Shown: positions 46,997-61,404 of the stretch, piece after piece | How positions within the stretch are numbered: position 1 is the stretch's first letter | Layout: each line of letters starts with the position of its first letter | Source: the human T2T-CHM13v2.0 reference genome, Homo sapiens | Strand: one strand, 5' to 3' | DNA length: 64,000 nt | Assembly (NCBI RefSeq): GCF_009914755.1 | Contig: NC_060936.1 | Translations under genes and position numbers: made by a program | Notes under the pieces: model-generated | Databases searched by the model: none | Told to the model about the DNA's origin: nothing | The model's input: only the letters and a program-made list of their open reading frames with translations

Positions 46997-48600
46997 CTCA
47001 CTATCATGAGAACAGCATGGGGGGAACCGCCCTCATGATCCAATTACCTCCATCTGGACCCTCCCTTGATACATGGGGATTACGAGGATTACAATTCAAG
47101 ATGAGATTTTGGGTGGTGACACAGCCAAACCATATCATCCCACACATGGCCCCTCCAAAATCTCATGTCCTCACATTTTAAAACACAATCATGCCTTTCC
47201 AACAGTCCCCCAAAATCTTAGCTCATTCCAGTATTAACCCAAAAGTCAAAGTCCAAAGTCTTATCTGGGACAAGGTAAGTCCCTTCCACCTATGAGTCTG
47301 TAAAATCAAAAGCAAGTTAGTTACTTCCTAGATACAATGGAGGTACAGGCACTGGGTAAATGCGCTCATTCCGAATGGGAGAAATGGCCAAAACAAAGGG
47401 GCTACAGTCCCCATGCATGTCTGAAATCCAATAGGGCAGTCATTAAACCTTAAAGTTCCAAAATGATCTCCTTTGACTCCATGTCTCACAACCAGGTCAC
47501 AGTGATACAAGAGCTGGGCTCCCATGGCCTTGAGCAGCTTTACCTCTGTAGCTTTGCAGGGTATAGCCCCCCTCCTGGCTGCTTTCGCGGGCTGGCAGTG
47601 AGTGTCTGAGGCTTTTCCAGGTGCATGGTGCAAGCTGTCGGTGGATCTACCATTCTGGGGTCTGGAGGATGGTAACCCTCTTCTCAGGGCCGGCTTGAAT
47701 TTCTCCTTAGAAAATGGGTTTTTCTTTCCTATTGCATTGTTAGGCTGCAAATTTTCCAAACTTTTATGCTCTGCTGCCTCTTGAATGCTTTGCTGCTAAG
47801 AAATTTCTTCTGCCAGGTACTTTAAATCATCTCTCTCAAGTTCAAAGTCCCACAGGTCTCTAGGGGAGGGGCAAAATGTTGCCAGTCTCTTTGCTAAAGC
47901 ATAGCAAGAGTGACTTTTACTCCAATTCCCAACAAGTTCCTCATCTCTATCTGAGACTAACTCAGCCTGGACTTCACTGTCCATATCACTATCAGCATTT
48001 TGGTCAAAGACATTTAACAGTCTCTAGGAAGTTCAAGACTTTCCCACATCTTCCTGTCTTCTGAGCCCTCCAAGTCTCTAGAAAGTTCCAAACTTTCTCA
48101 CGTTTTCCTGTCTTCCTCTGAACCCTCTAAACTGTTCCATCCTCTGCCTGTTACCCAGTTCCAAAGTTGCTTCCACATTTGTGTGTATTCTTATAGCAGT
48201 GCCCGACTACCTCGGTAACAATTTACTGTATTAGCCCATTTTCACACAATTATGAAGAAATACCTGAGACTGGGTAATTTATAAAGAAAAGAGTTTTGAC
48301 TCACAGTTCTACATTGCTGCGAAGGCCTCAGGAAGCTTACAATGATGGTGGAAGGCAAAGGAGAAGCAGGCACCTTCTTCACAGGGTGACAGTATGGAGT
48401 GAGTGCAAGTAGGGGAAATGCCAGATGCTTATAATACCATCAGATCTTGTGAGTCTTACTCATGATCCTGAGAACAGCATGGGAGGAAACCTCCCCCATG
48501 ATCCAATCACCTCCACCTGGTCCTATCCTTGACAAGTAGGGATTATGAGGATTACAATTCAATATGAGATTTTGAGTGGGGACACAGCCAAACCATATCA
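46997..48600 (-). mobile_element. MaLR provirus (THE1D/MSTA-like): full 5' LTR 48227-48600, internally deleted int 47138-48226, truncated 3' LTR 46997-47137
   Basis: Two copies of gacacagccaaaccatatca; MaLR-int sequence (aaaagcaagttagttacttcctagatacaatgg); ORFs 47328-47759 and 47796-47984 (-) give typical MaLR-int peptides. Confidence 0.88.
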
Positions 48601-49339
48601 CTGCCCCAATGATGTTTTGTGCTGTTATTGAACTATGGTGCAAAAAGAGCACTGGGATAGGGTAGCTTACTCTGAGGACAGGACAGGGGGTGATGCCCAG
48701 GCTGCATGGATGTGTTCCAAATTGACAAGAGAGAGAAAGGAGTTATTTGTTTTCCTTTAGATCCTATGTAGGTCACCATAGTAGGAAATAAGATGGGAGC
48801 ACAGAACAGAATAGTATTTGAATGCTGCACCCTGTACTAAACTGGAGCTTTCCTTTTCCTTGTTCTATTGTGGGCATGTCGAAGCAACTCTACTACACAG
48901 TGTTTCCCAAAGCTTTCTCTTCTCCACTTCCCAGCCATTGGCATAGGTCTGACTTTCATCATTTCTCACTTGGGCTTTTGCTTTTGTCCCTCAAATGTGG
49001 CCCCTGCCTACCTTCTCTGCATCCTCTAATTCATCCTTCACGTAGCCATCAAAGTCCTGCTCACATACCAAAGACCTCTAATGTCTCCCCACTGCCTATA
49101 AGACAAGGCCAAATTCTTAGCATGTAGTTACAGCTCCTTCAAGGACCTTCCCCATTATATCTACTTTCTCAATCTCTTCCGTAGACACTACTCCCCTTCC
49201 TTGTAACCTGAAACCCAGTCACAGAAACTTACTCTAGGTGTCCCTAATTAACTATACTTCCAAGATTTTGCATAAGCCCCTCCTTCTTTCTCAAATAATG
49301 TCTTTTATCTCCCTCCTCTGCCTACCGAACTCTACAGTA

Positions 49340-49810
49340 GCATAGATGGCTGGCTGGCCAACAAAAGCAGTGTAACCCTTCCATATTGCAGAGTTGTCAC
49401 TCAATCAGGGACCACACTTCCCAGCACCCATTGCACATAGGTGGGACCACGTGACCAGCACCTACCAATAGAATGTGAGCAGAATTGGCATGTGACACTT
49501 GCAGGTAATGTCATTCAGTTTGAGGTTCACAATCCTCCACATGCAGTCTCTCTTCACTCAATGGCCAGCTGGATTTAGAGTATCTGGATAGGACTCCGAT
49601 GCCCCCAGGTGACAGTGGAGCCCCTAGTTGGAAAAGCCTGTGTCCCTCGAGTCACCAGTTACTGTAGAGGTAGCCAGGAGAGCCTCCTGACCATTTGTGT
49701 CTGCACTCAACTTTGTACGAGTATAAAATAAAATTTTACTGTTAGTCCTCTGAGATTTGGAGATTTACTTGTTACCACAGCAAAGCACAACCTATCCTAA
49801 CTAACATACT
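49340..49810 (+). mobile_element. Old LTR (LTR16/MLT1-like)
   Basis: cacttcccagc...accaatagaatgtgagcagaa...ctgagatttggag...tcctaactaacata. Confidence 0.55.
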
Positions 49811-50199
49811 TACTCGCTTTTCAAGGCCCAGGCCAAAGGTGAAACTTCCCCTTAATTGCCTGTATAGACAGAGTAAGATGCCACTCCCTGGACTGTGCTC
49901 CAGTTGCTCTGTGAACCTACCTCTAATACCCTATTTATCATACTTATATTGTAATCATTTGTTTTTATTTATCTTCTCCATTAGCCTGAGAGCTCCTTTG
50001 ATGCAAGAACCATCTCTTATTTGTCATGTCACATTGCTTAACTTAGTATCTGACAATGTGCTGAATAAATGAATAAACAATGTAATTAATTCCTATTTGT
50101 CTGTAACTACGAGTTTGATAGGATATAAAAGGTGAGGTCCTTTGGGGTTTAGGTGGACCTAGCTGCCAAGTGGAAGATAGGAATACAGTGAACACTGCA

Positions 50200-50660
50200 A
50201 GTTTTCTACTTAACATTTATTCTCTGTCTTCCTGTCTAAAAAACACTGATTTTCTTTAGGGGGTCAATGTACCCAGAAGAAAAATAATCACTTCCCTAGA
50301 CTTCCTGTGGCTATATTTGGACATTGGATGGGTAAGCTTTTATTGGGAAAGCTTTTATTTTTCTGATATAGGTACCGCTTCTTCCTGCTTCCTTCTTCTT
50401 TGCTCTGGCTAGAATGTAGAAGTGATGCCTTGAGGTGCAGCAGCCATGGTGTGACCATGAGGACAAAAGCCACAGTGCATGGATGGCACAGAAGACAGAC
50501 AGGAGGATCTGGGATCCTTGATGGCATTGCAGAGTCTGAACTGAATTATGGAGCAATTCAGGCCTGAACTGCCTTTCTCCGACATTTGATTATGTGAGAA
50601 AAATAAATCCCTATGTGCTTACACTACTGCAATTTGGAGTTTGCATCAGTGTATGCTGAT
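50200..50660 (+). mobile_element. MLT1J/K-like LTR
   Basis: ggtgcagcagccatggtgtgaccatgagg...gggatccttgatggcattg...atgtgagaaaaataaatccct. Confidence 0.6.
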
Positions 50661-51976
50661 ACAAGCTCATTGATATTAGGGTATTAGAGAGTTTTGAAGC
50701 ATTCTTAACCTCACCTTTTACTTGACTAAGCTTAAGTTAATGACAACCCCTTAAAAGTAATGGATGGCGAACTAGATCTAAATTATTTGGTTCTTTAAGG
50801 GAATTTGGTAAGTCTGAGCAAAACAGGGATAAATCGAGTCCTTAGATAGCTGGGTGACCTTGGGAAATTCCCTGTTCTTTCTGCAGGAGATGTTATCTAC
50901 ATTTAGAACTGTTATTCTATATGCACCTAGAAAATGCTAGGCTCAATTGCTGAACATGTTTAAATAGGTTATTTAAATCGCACAACAACCTGATATAGAT
51001 ACTTTTAACGTCTATTTGAAGATATGAGGACATTAGGGCTCAGCCAGTTTACTTGCCCAGTGTCACAGAGAGATGAAGTCAGGATTTGAACCCAAAGTTC
51101 TGACTCCTAAGCTACACCCTTAACTACTATTAGACTGTCTTGAAACAGTAGACAGGTAGATATTTGTTGAGTGATCACATGAGTAAGTGAATAAAACTAT
51201 CTCTTTCTGTTCTAATATCCCATACTGCTATAGATACGGCATTGTGACTTAGTTAATCTGTATTGCTCAGGAATTTTTCCCTTTGAGGAACAGAAACCCA
51301 AATCAAACTATTTTAAGAAAAAAAATTAAAAGACGTTGAGAGTGGAGTGACATAGAATTTTTAGCCCTGCATAATCAAGGAGATGGATGGGCTGGCCTCC
51401 AAAACTTCTGCCACAGGAGGTCTCAATGCTGTTATGGCTCTCTGTCTCTTGTTCTGCTATTTCTTTATGTGAGCTCTATTCTCCCTCTGGCAGGGTAGCT
51501 GATACCTGCAACCCCTGGGCCATCCAAATCTGTGCCCAGAAAGAAAGAAGAGCTGAACAGTGATTGGTTCAGCTGAGGTCACATGCCTATCATTGAACCA
51601 ATCACTAAGATCAGATAATTTGGCCCTCTTATTGGTCCATCTTGTGTGATAGTGGCAACCCAGAGACCAGAGGATAGAACAGGACTTGTAGCTTCCACCA
51701 AGAAGTGGCTCCCTAAGAGATGGGAGGAACAGTTATTATTTGAAGGAGAGAGCTATGGAGACCCAAATATCCCCATGAGATGCCAGCTACAGAACCCAGC
51801 CTCTGGTGTCTAAAAGTCTGCTCTCTCAAGCGTTCCTTCTGATTCTGAGAGCTTCATCCTGTCACAGAAGCAATGGTTCAGAAAAGAAAAAGCTGGTGGG
51901 ATGGCTCATTCTTTGCAGGAACAGAAGTTGACACAATGCATATTAATTCAGACTCAGAGAATATGTGCTTGGCCTT

Positions 51977-52930
51977 GTAAATAAAAATGGTATTCTAAGC
52001 ACCCCAAACATCTGAATGGACCCCTCCTCTCACTCAAGGGCATTCCAAAGTTAACCTGGAAAACTAGTTTGGGCCGTGATGAGAAGGGGGATCAGACATG
52101 CCTCATTATACCCTTCTCCCTTTTGGAATTCAGGACCAGCTGACAAGCATTAACATTAAAACAGATCTTAAGAGTGACAAAGCAGACTCTTTGTAGCAAT
52201 AAGATACCAAATTCCAACCTCACTCTAGGATAGCATCACCTGACAGACAGCAGCCCCTGAAGGAAATTGAAGTATTTTACCCCAAATTATGTTTCTTTGC
52301 CATATCTTGAAATAGTCCTGCAAGTCTGTCTCTTGGGAGAAAATCTACATTCTGAAGAGAATCCCCTTCCTGCTATAGGTGTTTTTCCTGATCCAGGAGA
52401 GAATCAACTCTGTTAAGAAATGTTTACAATCTATTCTCTCTGAAGCCTGCTACCCAAAGGCTTCCTCTGCATAATGGGAACCTTGGTTTCCACAACCTCT
52501 ATCTTAACCCGGACATTCCCTTCTATTGATTCTAGGTTTTTAGACAATAACTTAACTCTTCAACCAATTGCCAATCAGAAAATCTTTTTTTTTTTTTTTT
52601 TTTTTTTGAGACAGAGTGTCACTCTGTCACCCAGGCTGGAGTGCAGTGGCATGATCTCGGCTCACTGCAACCTCCGCCTCCTGAGTTCAGGTGATTCTCC
52701 TGCCTGGCCTCCCAAGTAGCTGGGATTACAGGCATGCGCCATCACACCCGGCTACTTTTTGTATTTTTAGTAGAGATGGGGTTTCACCACATTGGCCAGG
52801 TTGGTGTCGAAACCCTGACCTCAAGTGAGCCACCCACCTCAGCCTCCCAAAGTGCTAGGATTACAGGTGTGAGCCACCACTCCTGGCCAAGAAAGAAAAT
52901 CTTTGAATCTACCTATGACCTGGAGGCCTG
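51977..52930 (+). mobile_element. MER4-family ERV1 LTR, 3'-truncated, interrupted by an Alu
   Basis: tgtaaataaaaa...ctgaatggacccctcctctc...caagggcattccaaagttaacctg...gacatgcctcattataccc. Confidence 0.75.
52585..52888 (-). mobile_element. AluS
   Basis: TSD agaaaatcttt. Confidence 0.93.
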
Positions 52931-53983
52931 AGTTCTCAGTTTGCTCAGAACTCAGAAGGGAGAGCAGCTACTCAGTAGGCTTCTTTAGAGACTCCAACAG
53001 ACACCATCAAGAGCCCAGATGCCTTTAATTTGCCTCCTGTGCCTGGGAGATATGTCCCCTTAGCATCGCATTGCTGCCACAGCAGCAAATATCACATTAT
53101 CATGTGACACATCCAAGCTGGAAGGACAGGGAGGCAAAGGTGCTTTTCTCTTTTATCAAGGAGGGAAATATTACCCAGAAGTCACTAGGCAGAATGCCCC
53201 CTCTCTTACTGTCTAATTGGCCAGGCTGGGTCACACATCCACTCAGACCATTGACTAGCAAAGAGAAACAGAAGTATCATGACTGCTTAGTCCAAGTCAA
53301 CTAAATCATGATGAACCATTTGGAACCGGAGATTTGACCTCACGAATCAAATCAGGGTTCTGTTAGCAAAAGAAAGAAGTGGGAGTGATGGTGTTTGGCA
53401 GTTTGCAGTGTTTACTGTAGTACTATTCACAATTTGTGGTTGAGTATTTGTTGGTTTGATGATTAAGATCTGACTCTCCTTTCCAGTGTAACTGCCGTGA
53501 GGCAGGATGTGTGGCTGTGTTGTTCCGTGCTGTGCCCTCAACACCTACCAAAGAGTCTTCCTCATAGTAGGGGATCTCAGAATTGCTGGGCACTGTAGTA
53601 AATACCAGAAGGAACATCAGACACGCTCCTTGTTTTCAAAGAGTTTGTGGTGCAAATGAGGCAAGACTAATACATTTAAATCATTTTCTGTTAATATAAG
53701 ACAAGGCGTCTCCCTTCCTTCTTCCAAATAACGTTTCTCAAATGTCTACAATGTGCAGACACTATGGGAGGTGATGGTGATGCAACAGTAAACAATGAAT
53801 AAGACCTGGACCCTGTCCTTCATGATCAAGGGCGAGTGAGGGAGATCAATTGAGAAAACCACCATGATAACAATAGGTCAGGAAGTCGGGGGGGCATAGG
53901 AGGGAAGGTTCTGTGTTTATTCTTTAATAAACCCCAGAGGATCCAGCCTAGGTCCTGGGACCCTGCAAGCACTTAGAAAATAG

Positions 53984-54284
53984 TCGCCTGTGGTTCATGC
54001 CTGTAATCTCAGCACTTTGGGAGGCTGAGGAGTTTGAGGCCAGGCATTAGAGACCAACCTGGCCAAGAAAGTGAGACCCCCCCCCGCCCCCACCGCCAAT
54101 CTCTACAAAAATATTTTTCAAAATGAGCCAAGTATGCTGGTGCATGCCTATAGTCCCAGGTACTGGGGAGTTTAAGGCAGGAGCCCTTGAGCCCAAGAGT
54201 TTGAGGTTACAGTGAGATGACTGAGCCACTGTCACCAAACTGGGTGACAGAGTGACACTCTGTCGCAAAAAAAAAAAAAAAAAA
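53984..54284 (+). mobile_element. Diverged AluJ (Jr4-like, gaggttacagtgag); donor of local duplication
   Basis: Alu arms with private variants, a poly-C insertion, and an A18 tail. Confidence 0.88.
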
Positions 54285-54419
54285 CTGGCCATTGTGTATT
54301 GTGTCAGGGGAACAACAACAAAAAAACCCTATCAAAGATGTAGGGCAGGCATTGTTGGCTCCACTTTGCAACTCAGGAAACTGAGACCCAGAGAATTTAA
54401 ATGACCTTCTGCAAATAAT

Positions 54420-54860
54420 GAGGAACGGAGCCGGAACAAGAACCCAGCAACGCTGATGGCCTGCTGCCGGTTTCTACTCCTCACTGCCTTTCTGATGAGG
54501 TGGCTCGCTGACATCAGATTCTCAGTGTTGCGAGTTGTTCTGTGCCTGGCAACCTCACTTGACCCAAGGATATCTAAATCCATCTTCTCACACGTCGTGT
54601 GTAAACCAGCATTCATTTCCCGCCTGTCCTTCATTCGGCAACCCCAGCCTAAGGGAAAGCAAAGAGCCTGTGCTGGGAGGCCGAGGTCTAAGCACGTAAG
54701 ATGAATTTTTCTCCTTTTCTTTTAATGACAGCGGCTCTTTTGTATTGAAGCACTAATTATAATTAGTCACTTCCTATAAAGTGTGCAAACATCACAGCAC
54801 AGTTAGGAACCCGCATAATTTAAACATTATTGATAATTTAATTTAACAATCTGGGATTAT
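54420..54860. promoter_or_regulatory. Candidate enhancer (unique, CpG-retaining, homeodomain/ETS/E2F-like motifs)
   Basis: Motif content only; see findings. Confidence 0.35.
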
Positions 54861-55131
54861 GTGGGCTTTATAAGAGAGTACTCAAACCCTGGAAGACAGG
54901 GGAAAGGTCTTTGTTATATTACGGGGGCACCTCTCCCTTGGTGTGCTGTGCAGGCCTTTGTATAGATTTGTAAGGTTTCCCATGAAAATGGGAACAAATG
55001 TCCCCAAAATATTTAAATACAATTATTATGTTATCAAAGAGCCTTGGTTTTCCGATTCCCAGCTATAATTTTTATAGTTTAATAGGTGTTAATGACTACC
55101 CTGTAACTCAGGTGTATAATACAGGAAATAA

Positions 55132-55527
<396 letters not shown>

Positions 55528-55880
55528 TCATTCCTTTCTTTAAATCAGATTAATTATGACACCATATCCTTATGCCAGTGGGATGTGGGAAATTTAATCT
55601 CAAACCATACTGGGGACACTTCTTCATGTCCCAGGGGCTTAAAAGGATCTGGGAGGCTTAAGTGGTTGGGTGTCCTCACTGCCTAAGCCCAAGGGGGTCC
55701 TTGATGTCTGCAAGTCTCTGCTTCTGAGCCATTTATAGGGTTTGGGAACTTTTCCAGATGGACTCAGGGTCTCCCTTGCCTCAGGCACACCCACTAACTG
55801 TCCTTGCTGAAGATTCCTCACTGCCTTTCTTCTGAGGCATTTTCCTAGAAGAAGGGCACAGAGTAGTGTGCGTGTGTCTG

Positions 55881-56174
55881 AGTATCTTTGTTCCCCTGAC
55901 ACAATAGCCACTTTTTCTTTTTCGGTGACAGAATGTTGCTCTGTCACCCAGTTTGGTGACAATGTCCCACTCATTTCACTGTAACCTCAAACTCGGGCTC
56001 AAGGTATCCTGCCTTAGTCTCCTCCCCAGTAGCTGGGACTTTAGGTATGCACCAGCATGCTCAGCTCATTTTAAAAAAATATTTTTGTAGAGATGGGATC
56101 TTGCTTTCTTGGCCAGGCTGGTCTCAAACTCCTGGCCTCAAGGTATCCTTCCACCTCAGCCTCTCAAAGTGCTG
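55881..56174 (-). repeat. Inverted local copy of the 54010-54340 Alu plus its 3' flank, bounded by a 33-bp direct repeat
   Basis: Shared non-consensus variants and shared flank attgtgtcaggggaacaa; direct repeat at 55848-55880 and 56174-56206. Confidence 0.85.
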
Positions 56175-56669
56175 AAGAAGGGCACAGAGCAGCGTGTGTG
56201 TGTCTGCTGCGTGATGAACCCACGGTCAGCTCGCCCCTTCCTAGCTGGGCAAGTCTTCCTCATTCAGTAGTCTCTCTACCCTCTCTTTCAGGGAGACCAA
56301 CATTCTCTCTGCATCTGCTGAGACCTGAACAAAACATCAGAGGAGCTCTTGGCTCAAGGTTGCTTCTGCTCTCCTGCCCTGTGAGCAGGGACGCAAACTA
56401 CACCTGGCTTCCTGCTTGAAACAGAGGGAAGGAATTAATCTTTTAATATAATTAATATACAAAGTACAATTTAAACATACAATTAATTAATCCCTTAATA
56501 TATTATCCTGTCACATTAGTTAATCCTCACCAACCAGTGGTTTGGGTTTTTTTTTTTTTTTCAACCCAGAGAGATTTTCTTAGAATATCCTATATGTTTA
56601 TTCAAATAATATTTATTTCACAGTTCTGATGTACAATGCCGTGTGCTGGCTAACGGAGATACAGCCATG

Positions 56670-57100
56670 TGATACCTTGCATTATTGCTTAAAATCGTTC
56701 ATTCCTATCTGCGTCTGTGTCCTGTGTTGTAGGACTTTGCAGTTGCTCCTACAAGAGGCAGAGTGTATTGTCTCACCCCACTGAGGTTGGGCTTGGCCAT
56801 GTGGCTCACTTTAGCCTACAGAGTGTGGGCAGGTGTGACTGCGTGCCAGTTCCTAGACTAGGCTGTAAGAGACTGCTTTCATTGCCTCTTGCACTTCTGT
56901 CATTGCCATAAGAAAAACATGAGAGCAGATCTCTGAAGGATAAGAAACACCGTCAGCTTGGAGTTAAGTTCGGTGGAAACAAGCCTAGATCAGTAAAATT
57001 CCAGTGAACCTGTGGATATGCAAGTGAGAATACATCATTATTGTTATGTTACTGAGTTTAGGGATTGTTTATCATGCAACATTGACTGACCAATACAAGT
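56670..57100 (+). mobile_element. MLT1G/H-like LTR
   Basis: gactttgcagttgctcct...gggcttggccatgtggctcacttt...gactgaccaataca. Confidence 0.6.
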
Positions 57101-57974
57101 AATGATGAGTGACAAAGACATGATCTCTGCCCTCGTGGAGTTTATAGCCTGAAGGGGTTAGGCAGACTTAAATCAATAATTATATAGACAATTTTCAAAA
57201 ACGTAATTGTGATCAGTAGTCATGACGGAAGTCCATGTGAATCTAGAGTGCTGGCAGAGTGTGGAACAGAAGCACTCAGCCAAGTTTGTCTTTAATTTAT
57301 CTATAATTATCTGCAACTAATTATACTCCCAAATTCTCTCACATAGTTAATGCTGTTGCATTTGTATGGACCTTGTAAGCCACCTTAACTCTAAGAAACT
57401 AATCAACCAAAATGTATTAGTAGGTATTTATGATGTACACAGGTCCATGATGGGGCTATGGAACATTCTGGAAGCATGAGACTCAACACGTTCTCAAGCT
57501 ACTGGGGGTGGGGGAAGCAATATACAAACACAATACAAGCTAACCAGTGATATGAAGTGGCACACTGTCGTCTGAGAGTGGCCTTGATGAGCAAGTGATG
57601 CGCACATCACTGTGGCCTGCTTCTGTCCTCCTTCTCTACCAGAAGAAAGTAATGTGTACCTCTTTAGGAAAGGTCAAAGATGTAAGAGTTGAGAGTGTCT
57701 TTAGGCAAAGTCCCATGGAGATATGCCAATAAAACACTCCCTTGAAGCAAGTGCTCTTCTGGGAGTCGACACATAACATTTGTTAATGCCAGGAGTGTGC
57801 GATGGAATGGGAGATGCCAAAAGGACCAAGTGGAGCAGTGGGAAAAGGTGGATGTCAGTGCCAGATGAGCTTAGGTTTTAGGCCCAGTTCTTCACTTAGT
57901 GATATGTGACTTTAGACAATGAAGTAACTTCTCTGAAATTAATTTCCTTATGTGAGAAATGGGAATGACCACTA

Positions 57975-58345
57975 TGGCAGAGGTTACTAGAGCTCACCAA
58001 TATCTAGTTCCCCTGTTCTTCCTGGCCCTGGCATAGAGCCTGACTATATTTGCAGTTAAGTATGGCCACATGATAAAGTTCTGGTCCACATGATGTGGGC
58101 AGAAGTGATGTGAGCCCCTTCCAGGTGTGATCAATAAAAGTCTCCCATATGCAATCCTTGTTTTCTTTCTCCATCTGCCACCTGAAGAGAGAGAATCCTG
58201 AGATCCTATAAGAAGGTCTAGTTGCAAGGTGAAAGGATCCTGAGTCCCTGAATGGCTGCATGGAGCAGAGCTCTCCCTCCTAACCCAAATCATGTGGGAT
58301 TATGTCCAGTCACTGAAATTTTGGGGTTGTCTTGTTATAGCCATT
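57975..58345 (+). mobile_element. Old LTR (LTR16/MLT1-like) inserted in a MIR
   Basis: ttgcagttaagtatggccacatga...gggcagaagtgatgtg...ctgagtccctgaatggctgcatggagcagag. Confidence 0.55.
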
Positions 58346-58632
58346 AACTTATCCTGGTTAATGTAATTATCTACTTTGCAGTATCATGAGAATTCAACAC
58401 ACTTGGGGAAATGCCTAGCTTAGGTGCTCAATATATGGTCACTGTCACATAAAAATTATTAATAAGTCCTATAGGAATGGTGCTAAACAAATGATCTGGG
58501 GCTTCAGGGTTGGGGGAGCAGGCAGCTTCCTGTATGGCCCCCAGTTCCTTGAGACTGGGCTCTGCCAGCCACTGAGATCATATGGAGTTTGAGAGGATCA
58601 GAGACCTGACCTTGGAGTTCTCTGATACCTGC

Positions 58633-59177
58633 TGTGATGGTTAATATTGAGTATAAACTTGATTGGATTGAAGGATGCAAAGTGTTGTTCCTGGCTGTGT
58701 CTGTGAGGGTGCTGCCAAAGGAGATTAACATTTGAGTCAGTGGACTGGGAGAGGCAGACCCACCCTCAATCTGGGTGGGCACCATCTAATCAGCAGCCAG
58801 CATGGCCAGAATAAAGCAGGCAGAAGAAGGTGGAAAGAGCAGACTTGCTGAGTCTTCTGGCCTTCATCTGTCTCCCATGCTGGATGCTTCCTGCACCCAA
58901 ACATCAGACTCCAAGTTCTTCAGCTTTTGGGCTCTTAGACTTACACCAGTGGTTTGCCAGGGGCTCTCAGGCTTTTGGCCACAGACTGAAGGCTGCACTC
59001 CTTCCCTACTTTTGAGGTTTTGGGACTAGGATTGGCTTTCTTGCTCCTCAGCTTGCAGATGGCCTATTGTGGGACTTTACCTTGTGATCATGTGAGTCAA
59101 TACTCCTTAATAAACTCCCTTGCATATATACACCTGTCCTATTAGTTCTGTCCCTCTAGAGAACCCTGACTAATAAA
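58633..59177 (+). mobile_element. MLT2A (HERV-L) solo LTR
   Basis: tgtgatggttaatattgagt...cttgattggattgaaggatgcaaag...gagaaccctgactaata; perfect TSD cctgc. Confidence 0.9.
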
Positions 59178-59539
59178 CCTGCCAAGAGGCCCACAGAGTG
59201 GTTAGTGGTTGCTCAGTGCAGAAGACAGGGAAAATGAGAGCAGTCTCAGAAATAGATGCAGTTGGAAGAAAGCAGTGCAGTTGTCTCCGCAATACAGACA
59301 ACAGAGAGTTCCAGTTCCCAGAAAGCTCTTCTGTCTTCTCCCTGATGATGACTGATGTTGGAAATGAGAAGCTGAGACATGGCAAAGCCACAAAGTGGCT
59401 TCTGAATCAACCATGGAGCCAGCATTAACTACGTTATAGGATGCTCTAATTCTCTGAGAGCCAACCATCTTTGCCTGGTTATATTTTATCTGGTAAGTCA
59501 ATTAAGTAGCATTTAAACAGAATGCAGCATTCTCTAGCC

Positions 59540-59825
59540 CAGTACTTGCAAATTGGCAGCCCAGTTGTTAAAAATTGAGCTAGTTGCCAACTTTTAAAAA
59601 CAGAACGATTTCATATAATATTCAGATTTCTTGCATCTCTAATAATCAAATGACCTGGTAATGTAGGACCCACATCTCCAAATGGTGACAATTGGCTGGT
59701 ACTAAGTAGCTGCTGCTCCTGTTGTATGTGGCAGGGACTACAACATTAGCCACAGGACCTACCTAGCTATTTTACCATTTATATTACTTGCCTGGCCCCT
59801 GTAATCATCTGGGTTGACAACCCTT
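59540..59825 (+). mobile_element. MER102 (hAT-Charlie)
   Basis: ttgcaaattggcagccc...agttgccaacttttaaaaa...gcctggcccctgta. Confidence 0.7.
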
Positions 59826-59958
59826 AGGTTAACTGGTATGTTAAACATGATTTTACCATAAGGTAAAATTGTTTAGGATTATGATTATGGTAGCCATCTT
59901 TATGTCAATGATAATTTGAAGCATATTTGTTTATTGTTCAGGAAATGGTAATTGGTTA

Positions 59959-60350
<392 letters not shown>

Positions 60351-61044
60351 ACAAAGATGAATCCTGCTCTAAGAAGTCCCTAGTCCAGTTTGGGGGATAT
60401 AATATGCACAACAACTATATTCGAAGGTGCAAAAGTATCCATTTCTAGGAAAGGAGAAGGGAAAGATGTATTTCTCCTAAAAAATAAAATAAAGTTTCAT
60501 GCAGGAAGAACTATTTATGTTGGGCTTTGAAGATTTGGTATGATTCAATTGTGTAGAAATTGCAGGGATGCCTTCCAGGAATGGGGAATGGCATGAGCAA
60601 ATGCCTGGAGGTATTAAAGTACTCAATATGTAGAAGGAAAAAAAATTCATTTTGATGGAAACACAGGATTCATGAATGACAGTGGTGGGAAATAAAATTG
60701 GGAGGCTGGATGAGACCAAAGCATGAAGGCCTTTGAAGGATTCTAAGGAGTTTATTTAACTCCTTCCGTGGGCAGTGAGAGATGTTGAGCGGGAAACAGC
60801 TAGGCTCAGATGTGTTACTCAGAGAGAAGAGTCCAGAAATAATATGGAATACAGAATAGCAAAGAAAGAGACCAGAGATTATTTGCAATTATTTAAATCA
60901 AAAGTAATAAATATCAAAACCAGGGTCATGGCGGCCAAAACAACAAGATGATGGAAGTGGGAGGTGTAGAAAGTCTCTGGGATTTGACAAGCAGTTGATA
61001 TTTGGGGGTGGGGCAAGAAATGATGTGGAATTAAATGCTTCTGA

Positions 61045-61404
<360 letters not shown>

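Noticed and set aside
47328-47984. ORFs in the MaLR internal region
   Set aside because: Fragmented, deleted MaLR-int remnants.
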